Positions 50,632 through 61,019 of a stretch of DNA of 64,000 bases are shown piece after piece. Where the stretch lies: positions 96,001 through 160,000 of the forward strand of contig CAWAIF010000003.1 of NCBI GenBank assembly GCA_963782055.1. The letters run 5' to 3'. The stretch is from an uncultured delta proteobacterium. Its GTDB lineage: Bacteria > Myxococcota_A > Polyangia > Polyangiales > Polyangiaceae. Below the pieces are notes generated by a model. That model ran no database searches and had not been told where the DNA came from. It saw only the letters and a program-made list of their open reading frames with translations. The translations under genes and the position numbers were made by a program. Positions within the stretch are counted from its first letter, which is position 1. Every line of letters begins with the position of its first letter.

Positions 50632-51225
50632 ATGGTGCGCCTCTCGGCCAGGGTCGTCTGGGTCGCCGCGATGATGGGGGCGGCGGCGGGCCTGATCGCC
50701 TGCGCGGACATCCTGGGCATCGACGACGGCACGCCCCGCGTGGAGGAGGACGCCTCCGTGGACGTGGTGCAGCCGGAGCAGGACGCCGTGGCGGCGGACG
50801 TGCCGCCGTCACAGGTCGTCGGCCCCCCCGCGCCGCCCTACAGCCCGCTCTCCTGCGGGAAGTTCTTCTGCAACGCCATCACGCAGGCGTGCTGCAGCCA
50901 CAAGAAGACCGTCCCGGAGGCCAGCCCGGTCTACTCGTACGACTGCATCGAGGACGACGGCGGGACGTGCAGCGGTCAGCTCGTCACGTGCGACCGCACG
51001 GAGAACTGCGAGGCGCAGGGCTACCCGGGGATGGTGTGCTGCGCCAGCACCACCGCGCCGCAGGGCCTCGTCTCGTGCACGCCGCCGGAGGAGTGCGACT
51101 ACCCCGAGGCGGGCCTGGCGTGGCGTCTCTGCGAGCCCGGCGACGACGAGCTCTGCGAGCCCGACTCCGGCAAGGCCTGCCTGCCGAGCAACTCGGCGGC
51201 GGTGGGCTGGCGCATCTGCAAGTAG
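50632..51225 (+). CDS. Cys-rich lipoprotein, paralog B
   Basis: LIACADILGIDDGT...CNAITQACCSH...ICK. Confidence 0.8.
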   Translation: MVRLSARVVWVAAMMGAAAGLIACADILGIDDGTPRVEEDASVDVVQPEQDAVAADVPPSQVVGPPAPPYSPLSCGKFFCNAITQACCSHKKTVPEASPVYSYDCIEDDGGTCSGQLVTCDRTENCEAQGYPGMVCCASTTAPQGLVSCTPPEECDYPEAGLAWRLCEPGDDELCEPDSGKACLPSNSAAVGWRICK

Positions 51226-51229
51226 CGGC

Positions 51230-51967
51230 CTACACGCCGATGAAGAGGCGGTGGGCGAAGTTGCGCTCCAGCCGCGCGCGCAGCACCTTGTCGGCCGCGA
51301 GCTCGATGTCGTACTCGATGCGCTTGAACTCGAAGCGCTTCTTCTCGGAGTCGAAGATGGTGAAGCTCGCGCGGTTGTCGAAGTCGCGCGGCTGGCCGAC
51401 GCTCCCGACGGAGACGATGTACTTCTTGTCCGGCTCCAGCTCGAAGTCCATCGACGGCAGCTCCTCGACCGAGGTCTTGGTGAGCGCGAAGACCTTGCAC
51501 AGGTGCGAGTGGCCGATGAGCGTGAGGTGGCCGAGCTTCTCCCAGATGGAGAGGCACTCGCGCGCCTGCTCGGGGGCGAAGATGTACTCGAACTCCTCCA
51601 GCCGCACCGGCGAGCCGTGGCAGAGCAGGACGTCGGCGTCCTCCAGCCGCTCCTGGTAGGGCAGCGACTTCAGCCAGGTCATGTTCTCCGGGGTGAGGCA
51701 CGCGGCGTGGGCGTCCAGCGCGTGGCGCGCGGCCTCGTAGTAGTACGAGTAGTCCATGCGCCCGGAGACCGCGGCGTCGTGGTTGCCGAGGATGGTCTTC
51801 TTCGCGAGCTCCCGGACGAGATCGGCGCACTCGTTGGGGGAGCCGCCGTAGCCGACGGTGTCGCCGAGGCAGTAGTAAACGTCCACGTTCTCGGGCCGGT
51901 AGGCCTCCAGGACGGCGCTCAGAGCTTCGTAGTTGGCGTGCACGTCGCTGAAGATGCCTAGGCGCAT
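51230..51967 (-). CDS. metallophosphoesterase (YfcE-like)
   Basis: SDVHAN, LGDTVGYG, GNHD, HGSP, GHSH, GSVGQPRD. Confidence 0.9.
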   Translation of the reverse strand: MRLGIFSDVHANYEALSAVLEAYRPENVDVYYCLGDTVGYGGSPNECADLVRELAKKTILGNHDAAVSGRMDYSYYYEAARHALDAHAACLTPENMTWLKSLPYQERLEDADVLLCHGSPVRLEEFEYIFAPEQARECLSIWEKLGHLTLIGHSHLCKVFALTKTSVEELPSMDFELEPDKKYIVSVGSVGQPRDFDNRASFTIFDSEKKRFEFKRIEYDIELAADKVLRARLERNFAHRLFIGV

Positions 51968-52037
51968 GGAGAATCCCTAGGCTACGGGGATCGGGGCCAA
52001 AACGCCAGCCGTGCGGCTGGCGTGCTACACGGACGGC

Positions 52038-52709
52038 ATGGCAACCGACGACAGCGGGCGCGGCCTGAACGGCGCCTCCCACGGGGCGAGCGGGGATGAC
52101 GCCGCGGACGATGACCAGGGGGAGGTCTACGAGGAGATCACCCTCACCGAGGTGGAGACGGCGGCCCCGCCGGAGGCCGTGGCCGAGCTGGTCGCCGCGT
52201 GCGTCCGCTTCGCCGGGAGCAAGTACGGGGTCGCGCTGGACTTCTCGCCGGAGTCGCTGGCGATCGTGGACCAGTACGTGCGCGACTCCCGCGGGGACGT
52301 CACGGTCCAGGCGGAGAACGCGCTGCCGCTCGTGGCGGGCGCGGTCGGGGCGTACCTGGGGGAGGTCGTGCGGCGGCACTTCGGCGGCTACTGGTTCGCC
52401 GAGGGGGAGTGGGAGGGCTGGCGGTTGATGCTGAGCCGGGCCTACCTCGCCTTCAACCCGGTGGGCATGGCCCTGGAGGCGCTCACCGTGGCGGACGTGG
52501 AGGGATGGGGGACGCACCTGGTGCTGGACCCGGGCGAGGCGGAGGCCGTCGCCGCGCGGCTGGCGGTCCTGCCGCAGGTGGACGAGGAGGAGTACTTCGC
52601 CCCGAGCACCCGCTTCGAGGTCGTGGAGCTCGCGTTCGAGGCCATCCGCCGCAAGATGCACGACGCTCACACGTCCGACGTCGTCTTCACCCCGGAAGAC
52701 TACGCGTAG
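52038..52709 (+). CDS. conserved hypothetical protein
   Basis: LDFSPESLAIVD...GAYLGEVVRR...W...FNP. Confidence 0.75.
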   Translation: MATDDSGRGLNGASHGASGDDAADDDQGEVYEEITLTEVETAAPPEAVAELVAACVRFAGSKYGVALDFSPESLAIVDQYVRDSRGDVTVQAENALPLVAGAVGAYLGEVVRRHFGGYWFAEGEWEGWRLMLSRAYLAFNPVGMALEALTVADVEGWGTHLVLDPGEAEAVAARLAVLPQVDEEEYFAPSTRFEVVELAFEAIRRKMHDAHTSDVVFTPEDYA

Positions 52710-53959
52710 TGCGCCGGCTCGCGGTCCTGCTCGCGGTGTGTGCGGCGTGTCACACGCCGGACAAGCCGCCCGATCCGGTGGTCGACCCGGACGCGCAGGC
52801 CAGCCCGCAGGCCAACGCGCAGCCGGCGCCGCTGACGGCGCCCTTCACGCCGGCGAGCGGCACCGCGTCGCCGGAGGGCGGCCCGCCGCCGCTGCCGCTG
52901 CGCGGCGATCACGCCATCGATCCGGACAACAGCTTCAGCACGAAGGACGTCGCCGGCTACACCATGCTCGCCACGCTTCGCGTGCCGGACATGCCGCCGG
53001 TCACCAAGGCGCCGGAGGTCTCCTCCGCGACAATCGAGGCCGCCCGCAAGGAGAATGACCCGCGCCTGGAGATCGAGCTCACCGCCACGCGGCTCCGCGT
53101 CGAGTTCGTGAGCGGCGGCTTCCTCCTGCCGTTGCAGTCGGAGATCCGCGCGCGGAGCGACCGCTACGGGCACGTGTACGTCTCGCCCGACGCGTCCACG
53201 TATCGCGTCCTCGCGCCCGGGGCGCTGCGCGCGCTGCTCGGCGAGCGCCGGATGGACGTCTCCCCCCTCTCGCCGGCGGAGGTGGAGTCGCACGGGGAAG
53301 GCAGCCGTCGGCTGGGCCTGAAGACGAGGCGGGTGGAGGTCTCCACGCGCGCCGCCAAGGGGACCTTCGAGCTGGCGCGGGTGGCCGAGCTGGGCGACGG
53401 CGGGGACCTCCTCGGCCGCGCCCTGCTGGACCTCATGAACGCCGCGCCCTCCACGCCGCTCTGCGGCCAGGACGAGGTGCCGCTGCACGCCGAGCTGCGC
53501 TGGACCACCCGGGGCGCGATCGTGTTCGACGCCAACGCCATCGCGCGGAGGGTGGACCTCTCCGCGAGCGGGATGACGGTGCCGCCACCCGGCGGGACGT
53601 TCGTCGCCGGGCCGCTCCCACCCACCGCGGGGGAGCTGCGCGTGCGCCCGCAGGAGCTGCTCGCGCTGCACACCGCGGCCCTGGACGTGGGGACAGCGGC
53701 GCCGCCGCCCGCGGCGGGCGCCTCGCCGCGCGCGTCGCTGGCGCTCTACAACGGTGCGGACTCGCCGCGCGTGGTGTGGCTGGACGGCGCGCCGGTGGCG
53801 TGGGTCGCGCCGGGCGGGCGCCTGCAGCTCGATGGCCTGTGGCGCGGCCCCTACCAGGTGGAGTGGCGGAGCTTCCTGGGAGACGCGGCCGAGCCGCCGC
53901 GCACCGTCATCGTCCCGGGCGCCGCCAACCTGGGCGTCGTCGACGGCGGCGCGCGCTGA
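52709..53959 (+). CDS. hypothetical lipoprotein
   Basis: GTG overlapping previous stop; signal ending CAAC. Confidence 0.7.
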   Translation: MRRLAVLLAVCAACHTPDKPPDPVVDPDAQASPQANAQPAPLTAPFTPASGTASPEGGPPPLPLRGDHAIDPDNSFSTKDVAGYTMLATLRVPDMPPVTKAPEVSSATIEAARKENDPRLEIELTATRLRVEFVSGGFLLPLQSEIRARSDRYGHVYVSPDASTYRVLAPGALRALLGERRMDVSPLSPAEVESHGEGSRRLGLKTRRVEVSTRAAKGTFELARVAELGDGGDLLGRALLDLMNAAPSTPLCGQDEVPLHAELRWTTRGAIVFDANAIARRVDLSASGMTVPPPGGTFVAGPLPPTAGELRVRPQELLALHTAALDVGTAAPPPAAGASPRASLALYNGADSPRVVWLDGAPVAWVAPGGRLQLDGLWRGPYQVEWRSFLGDAAEPPRTVIVPGAANLGVVDGGAR

Positions 53960-54004
53960 AGAGGCGTCCAGGAATCGGAATCGTGCGACGAGGCCGCGCC
54001 CGGC

Positions 54005-54745
54005 TCACCTCACGAAGTCTGCGATGATGCGGACCTCGGGGTGCGGCGCAGGGGCGCCGGGCAGGTGCTGCGTATCCACCAGTACGCTCCGCGCGCCCTG
54101 GAAGTGCTCGAGCAGGACGTTGCAGTTGCCCGGCTCGTTGTCGAAGACCGCCACGACGCGGCCGACGCGGGCGAGGCGCGGGCCCTCCATGCGCTTGAAC
54201 GCCTCGTCGGACATGGCGGCGTCGGGCTTGAGCACCAGCTCGGTACCGGCGACGCCGATGGGGAAGCCGAGATCGCGCAGGCTCGCGAAGGAGCCGAGGC
54301 CCATGAGCGGGAGATCTCGCCCGGTGAAGTAGGCCAGGACCCCGCCGGCCTCGTAGCAGGCGCGCGCGAACTCGGAGGCGCCCCCGACGGGCACGTCGTG
54401 CTTGAGGTAGGCGTCGGTGAAGAAGCGGTCGCGCCAGAAGACCTCCGCCTCCCCCACCAGGTCCACGCGGGTCACGCCCAGCCTGGCGAGCGACGCGGTG
54501 AGCAGGTACTCCAGGTCCGCTGGCTTGACGGCGAGCAGGCGCTCGGCCGTGGCCGGCTCGCGAGCGCGCCACGTCTCCCCCAGCTCGTGGAGGATGGCGC
54601 AGGTGCGCGGGCGGTTGTCCATGAGCGTGCCGTCCAGGTCGAAGACGACGACGGGCGAGCCGCCCTCGGCGCTGCCTGCGCAGCGCGCGACAATCTCGCG
54701 AAGCAGGGCGGACTGGTCGGCGGGGGAGAGGCGATCGTAGGGCAT
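54005..54745 (-). CDS. HAD-superfamily hydrolase
   Basis: FDLDGTL, FTGR, K...FDN. Confidence 0.85.
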   Translation of the reverse strand: MPYDRLSPADQSALLREIVARCAGSAEGGSPVVVFDLDGTLMDNRPRTCAILHELGETWRAREPATAERLLAVKPADLEYLLTASLARLGVTRVDLVGEAEVFWRDRFFTDAYLKHDVPVGGASEFARACYEAGGVLAYFTGRDLPLMGLGSFASLRDLGFPIGVAGTELVLKPDAAMSDEAFKRMEGPRLARVGRVVAVFDNEPGNCNVLLEHFQGARSVLVDTQHLPGAPAPHPEVRIIADFVR

Positions 54746-54807
54746 GGGCAGCTGGCGCTTTTACCAGAAAGCGCCCCAGGCCCGAAGCGTTTGGTGGCTG
54801 CGGCCCC

Positions 54808-55926
54808 TCAGCCAAAAAGGTCGCGGAGCTTCTCCATGAAGGAGCGGCGCTCCGGCTGCACTTCCTCGCCCAGCTCCTTCGCGAGCAGCTCGACCACCTC
54901 CCGCTGGCGGGCGGTCAGCTTCTGCGGCACCTCGATGGTGACCTCGGTGAGCTGGTCGCCGCGGCCGAGGCCGGTGCGGCGGGGGATGCCCTTCTGCTTG
55001 AGGCGCAGCACGGTGCCCGGCTGCGTCCCGGCGGGCACCTTCATCTTCGCCTTGCCGTCCAGGGTGGGGACCTCCACCTCGCCGCCGATCGCCGCCTGCG
55101 TGAAGGTGATGGGCACGTGGCAGAGCACATCGTCCCCGTTGCGCTTGAAGAAGGTGTGCGGCTGGACCTGGATGTGGAGCTCCAGGTCGCCCGGAGAGGC
55201 GTTGGGCCGCGGGCGGTTGCCGGCGCCGGCGATGAGGCGCGTGGCGCCATGCTCCACGCCCGCCGGGACGGTCACGTTGATCGTGTTGTGCCCGACCACC
55301 AGGCCGCTGCCGCGGCAGGTGCGGCATGGGTCGGTCACGATGCGCCCGCTGCCACGGCAGCGCGAGCAGGTGCGCTCGACCGCGATCGGGAGGATGCCTT
55401 GCTGGAAGCGCACGCGGCCGCGGCCGTTGCAGGCAGGGCACGTCTCCGGCGCGCTCCCCGGGGCGGAGGCCGAGCCCTTGCACTCACCGCAGGTCACCAC
55501 GTGGTCGTAGGTGAGCTTCTTCTCGCAGCCGAAGGCGGCCTCCTCGAAGGTCAGCTCCAGCTCGCGCTTGAGATCGCCGCGCTCGCCCCGGCCCACGCCG
55601 AAGACGCCGAGCAGGTCCCCCAGGATGCCGTCGATCGCGATGTCGCTGATGTCCACCACGCCGCCGGCGAAGGGGCCGTTGGGGCCGAAGGGCGAGCCCG
55701 ACTCCTCGGCGCGGTGGCCGAAGCGGTCGTACATGGCGCGGCGCTGCGGATCGCCGATGACCTGGTAGGCGGCGTTGATCTCCTTGAAGCGCACGCTCGC
55801 GCTCGGATCATCCGGGTTCTTGTCCGGGTGGTGCTGGGCCGCCAGGCGGCGAAAGGACAGCTTGATCTCCGCCTGCGTCGCGTTGCGCTCGACGGCGAGC
55901 ACCTCGTAATGGTCCCGTTCCGGCAT
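54808..55926 (-). CDS. dnaJ: DnaJ chaperone
   Basis: J domain with HPD; four CxxCxGx(G) motifs; C-terminal VPTLDG...GTQPG. Confidence 0.93.
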   Translation of the reverse strand: MPERDHYEVLAVERNATQAEIKLSFRRLAAQHHPDKNPDDPSASVRFKEINAAYQVIGDPQRRAMYDRFGHRAEESGSPFGPNGPFAGGVVDISDIAIDGILGDLLGVFGVGRGERGDLKRELELTFEEAAFGCEKKLTYDHVVTCGECKGSASAPGSAPETCPACNGRGRVRFQQGILPIAVERTCSRCRGSGRIVTDPCRTCRGSGLVVGHNTINVTVPAGVEHGATRLIAGAGNRPRPNASPGDLELHIQVQPHTFFKRNGDDVLCHVPITFTQAAIGGEVEVPTLDGKAKMKVPAGTQPGTVLRLKQKGIPRRTGLGRGDQLTEVTIEVPQKLTARQREVVELLAKELGEEVQPERRSFMEKLRDLFG

Positions 55927-56110
55927 CGACAACCTCCCGGCGTAGCACATCTCGGCCCGGACGCCGACCGAGGCCCGGCTCGAGCCTTCCGGGCGGGGGG
56001 GGGCCCGTGGACGGAATGACTACGAACCGCGCTGCGCGGCTTCGCGCGAACGGAGTCGTCGCCGGAGGTTCACCGGCCTGTGAGCTCGCCGACTTGCGGG
56101 CGCGTCAGGG

Positions 56111-56126
56111 TGGCCCCCGGTTTGCT
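56111..56126 (+). promoter_or_regulatory. candidate sigma54 promoter
   Basis: TGGC-ccccggt-TTGCT (GG-N10-GC) upstream of glycosyltransferase. Confidence 0.5.
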
Positions 56127-56158
56127 TGACTCACTCGCGTGACATGGAGACCACAAGC

Positions 56159-57268
56159 ATGACGGACCTGCTCGTCGTGTACTCGCCTGTCGGCGGCGGC
56201 CACAAGGCGGCGGCGCTCGCGCTCGCCGAGGCGGGCCGGGCGCGCGGCTGGTCGGTGGAGACCCGAGACCTCTTCGAGTTCGCCCCGCGCGTGGTGGGCG
56301 ACGCCTACCTGGCCACCCACCTCACGTGGACGGGCCGCTCCCCGGAGACGTACGGCAACGCGTACTTCTCCTCCAACTACCGCGGCGGCCCGCTCGAGCC
56401 GCTTCGCCTCAAGCTGGACCAGCTCCTCTTCGCGCCGCTGCGGGCGGAGGTGCGCGCGCTCCGGCCGCGCGTGGTCGTGGCGACGCACCACCTGCCGCTC
56501 GTCGTGCTCGGGCGCGAGCGCCGCAAGGGGCGCCTCGGCGCGCCGGTGCTGTGCACCGTCACCGACTACACCGCGCACGCGGTCTGGGCCGAGCGGGGCG
56601 TGGACGCATTCTGCGTCGGGGCCGACCTGGCCCGGCGGGAGCTTGGGCTGCACGGCGTCCCGGCGTCGCGCATCGTGCGCACAGGCATCCCGGTGCGCGA
56701 GGCCTTCGAGCGGGTGGCGCCGGTGCGCGCGCCGCGCCCAAGGGAGCCGCTGCGCGTGCTCGTCACCAGCGGCGGCTTCGGCGTGGGGCCGCTCTCGCGC
56801 ATCGTGCGCTCCCTCGCCGGCGTGCCCGACGTGGCGCTCACCGTCGTGTGCGGCGCGTCGAAGGAGCTGCGCGCCCGGGTGGAGCGCGAGGTGCGCGCGG
56901 CGGGCGTCGCCGCGCGCGTCATCGGCTTCGAGTCGGACATGCCCGCGCGCGTGGCGGAGGCGCACGTGGTCGTCGGCAAGGCGGGCGGCCTGACGGTCTC
57001 GGAGTCGCTCACGGCGGGCCGCGCGATGATCATCGTCGGCGCGGTGCCCGGCAACGAGACGATCAACGAGGCCTTCGTCGCCACCGGCGGCGCCGGTCAC
57101 GCCGCGTCGCCAGAGGACGTGGGCGCGGTGCTCGCCGCGATGCGCGCGCGCGGCGACGTGGCCGTCATGGGCGCCCGCGCGAGGTCGCTGGTGATGCACG
57201 ACGCCGCGGCGCGCGTCCTCGCGTGCGCGCGGGCGATGACCGCCGGCCCTTCGCGTCGCGCGGCCTGA
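56159..57268 (+). CDS. MGDG synthase/UgtP-like glycosyltransferase (GT28)
   Basis: GGGHKAAA, VTDY..H..W, TGIPV, KAGGLTVSE, PGNETIN. Confidence 0.88.
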   Translation: MTDLLVVYSPVGGGHKAAALALAEAGRARGWSVETRDLFEFAPRVVGDAYLATHLTWTGRSPETYGNAYFSSNYRGGPLEPLRLKLDQLLFAPLRAEVRALRPRVVVATHHLPLVVLGRERRKGRLGAPVLCTVTDYTAHAVWAERGVDAFCVGADLARRELGLHGVPASRIVRTGIPVREAFERVAPVRAPRPREPLRVLVTSGGFGVGPLSRIVRSLAGVPDVALTVVCGASKELRARVEREVRAAGVAARVIGFESDMPARVAEAHVVVGKAGGLTVSESLTAGRAMIIVGAVPGNETINEAFVATGGAGHAASPEDVGAVLAAMRARGDVAVMGARARSLVMHDAAARVLACARAMTAGPSRRAA

Positions 57269-57271
57269 GGC

Positions 57272-58204
57272 TCAGGCCCCGTCCGGTCGCGAGCGCGGCG
57301 CGCCGCCCAGGTCCATCAGACGGTCCATGTCCCGCTCATGCTCGCCGCAGGCCTCCTCGTAGCCTTGCTTAATCATCCGGCGGATGGCTGCCGGGTCGAA
57401 GTCCAGCGGGTCCTGGTCGATGGGCGTGCGCGGCGAGAAGAGGCGGACCCGCACGTGGCGGTGGGCCGTCGCGTCCAGCTTCGCCAGGTGGTTCTTCAGG
57501 CCGCAGATCTGGATGTCGGCGCGCATGATCTGATCCGCCAGGACGTCGAGGGCTCGCACGGCGAGGCCGGGGAGGGCCGCCTTGTGGCGGGGATCGAAGG
57601 GGACGCGCGCGAAGGGATCCCAGCACATCAGGACGTCGATCTCGTCGGCGCCCGCGTCGATCGCCTGCCCGAGCGGCGTCACGTTGCGCATCCCGCCGTC
57701 CGCCCACGGCTCGTCGTGGATGTGGACCGGCGAGAGCATGACCGGGAAGGCGGAAGACGCGGCGACCCACCGGTGGAGGTGAGGCTCGCCTTCGCTCACC
57801 ACCCGCACCTCGCCGGACTTCCAGGACACCGAGACGACGCGGAGCTTGCGGCCCGAGCGCGCCACCTTCTTCTCGTCCAGCTGCTCCCGGATCCACTTCT
57901 GCAGGGGTCTGGAGTTGTAGATCGACGGCTTCCAGAGCGCGGAGAGCACGCCGAAGGGGAGCCAGTGCCGCTTGATGCGGCCGTTGTTCACGCCCAACCA
58001 GAGGGCCTCCAGGTCCGCGAAGGCCTTCTGCAGCGCGTCGGGCTCGCCCTTCGGCGTCTGGGCGAGGAAGGCGGCGTTGATCGCCCCCACGGAGGTGCCG
58101 CAGAGCAGATCGTAGTCGCCGCCGTCGTCGGCGAGCAGCTTGCGCAGCACGCCGACCTGGTAGGCCCCCCTCACGCCACCACCGGACATCACGAGCGCGC
58201 GCAT
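57272..58204 (-). CDS. patatin-like phospholipase
   Basis: SGGGVRG, GTSVG, DGG. Confidence 0.9.
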   Translation of the reverse strand: MRALVMSGGGVRGAYQVGVLRKLLADDGGDYDLLCGTSVGAINAAFLAQTPKGEPDALQKAFADLEALWLGVNNGRIKRHWLPFGVLSALWKPSIYNSRPLQKWIREQLDEKKVARSGRKLRVVSVSWKSGEVRVVSEGEPHLHRWVAASSAFPVMLSPVHIHDEPWADGGMRNVTPLGQAIDAGADEIDVLMCWDPFARVPFDPRHKAALPGLAVRALDVLADQIMRADIQICGLKNHLAKLDATAHRHVRVRLFSPRTPIDQDPLDFDPAAIRRMIKQGYEEACGEHERDMDRLMDLGGAPRSRPDGA

Positions 58205-58257
58205 CGTCGTCTCTCCCCGTTGACCCGCGCGACGGTACTCCGGCCCTGGTGTGGAGG

Positions 58258-59625
58258 CTAGTTGCAGCCAGTCTTTCCCTGCCGGAAGCGGAGCAAGAGC
58301 TCCGGCAGCCGCTCCGCCCAGAAGGGCCAGTCGTGCTGCGCGTTCGCGGCCTCGACGTACTCCACGTCGTAGCCCTGCTTGGACAGCGTGTCGTTCATCG
58401 AGCGGACCACGTCGCAGTTGTCGTCGGGGCAGCCGGTGTCCAGATAGAAGCGCACCGCGACGTGCGGCGGCTGGCCGGCGCGGGTGATCATCGCGTCGTT
58501 GTCCCAGAAGTAGGAGGCGCTCTGCGCGCCGACGTATCCCCAGTGCGCCGGCTTCTGGAAGGCCAGGTACGTCGAGATGAGGCCGCCCAGCGACGCGCCG
58601 GCGAGGCCCGTGGCGCCCGGCGTCGCGCACAGGCGGAAGCGCGCGGCGAGCGCCGGCTCCAGGTCGCCGAGCAGGAAGTCGCCGTAGGCGTCGCCCAGCG
58701 CGGTCTGCGTGCCGAAGGTGTACTCGTCGATCCGCACGCCCTGCGAGGGGAGCGCGACGAAGGCGAGCACCGCGGACGCCGCGGGGGTCTTGGCGTAGGT
58801 CGCGTCGGCGACCTGGGCGAAGCTCACCCGGGTGAGCGACTCGTTGCCGTCGTGGAAGACGAGATGCGGCAGCGGCGCGCACGAGCCGTCGTCGTAGCGC
58901 GGCGGGAGGTAGACGAAGACGTCGCGCGTGTCGCCGAGCTCGGTCGCGTGGACGCCGGACATGCGGACGATGCGCCCCTTGCTCGTGTCGCCGTCGCCGG
59001 GGTGCGCGACCGCGTTGAACTGCCCGACGCCCTGGTGGTCGATGCCGTCCCACACCACGTTCTGGGCGAGCGGGTCCTCGGTGAAGCCGGCGTCGCTCGT
59101 GCCGGAGAGGAGCTTGTACTCGTGCGAACGGCCGCGGGCGACGGTGGCGTCCAGCACGTAGAGGTCGGTGCCCGGCACCTGGGTCATCGGCTGCGCGTTG
59201 TCCTTCCAGCCGGTGAAGGTTCCGGCGACGCTCCACGGGCCCATCGGCGGCGCGCCGCGCACCAGGAAGACCAGGCGGTCGCCGGCCTCCTCCAGCGGGG
59301 TGCCGCCCTGCGCCTTCACGTCGGCGACGAGCTGATCCACGCGGGCGGGCACCGCCTGCGGCTGGAGCGTGGCGAGGTCGGCGCGGAAGTCGTCGTAGAG
59401 GCTCGTGGGCGCGGTGCGCGCCTGGGCCGCCAGCGTGCAGACCGGCCCGGGCCTGGCGTCGGCGCCGGCGTCGGCGGCCGGACCGGCGTCTGTGGTGACC
59501 GCGGCGTCGGACCCGCCCGCGTCGCCGGAGGGGATCGCCGCGCCCTCCGGCGCCCCCCCACACCCCGCCGGCAGGGCCAGTCCCGCCGCCGCGATGAGCC
59601 AGAAGAGTCCGATTTCGTGACGCAC
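58258..59625 (-). CDS. esterase (alpha/beta hydrolase, Fes-like) lipoprotein with N-terminal carbohydrate-binding-like module
   Basis: Signal ending PAGC; VAGTFTGW...EYK; VYLPP, HDG, GASLGG, HDW. Confidence 0.82.
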   Translation of the reverse strand: MRHEIGLFWLIAAAGLALPAGCGGAPEGAAIPSGDAGGSDAAVTTDAGPAADAGADARPGPVCTLAAQARTAPTSLYDDFRADLATLQPQAVPARVDQLVADVKAQGGTPLEEAGDRLVFLVRGAPPMGPWSVAGTFTGWKDNAQPMTQVPGTDLYVLDATVARGRSHEYKLLSGTSDAGFTEDPLAQNVVWDGIDHQGVGQFNAVAHPGDGDTSKGRIVRMSGVHATELGDTRDVFVYLPPRYDDGSCAPLPHLVFHDGNESLTRVSFAQVADATYAKTPAASAVLAFVALPSQGVRIDEYTFGTQTALGDAYGDFLLGDLEPALAARFRLCATPGATGLAGASLGGLISTYLAFQKPAHWGYVGAQSASYFWDNDAMITRAGQPPHVAVRFYLDTGCPDDNCDVVRSMNDTLSKQGYDVEYVEAANAQHDWPFWAERLPELLLRFRQGKTGCN

Positions 59626-59786
59626 GGTCGAGTTACTGCCCCGGCTCCTGCCCGCAGTAAAGAGTCGTTTGCGAAAACGTCACTCAGGTGTAAGTTACGC
59701 GTTCGGCGCCGGCGGCCGCTCCTTTGCGCGCGCAAGGCGTCGCGGACGTGGCAAAAGCGGTGGGACAGCCCACCGTGAGGGACAAG

Positions 59787-61015
<1,229 letters not shown>

Positions 61016-61019
<4 letters not shown>

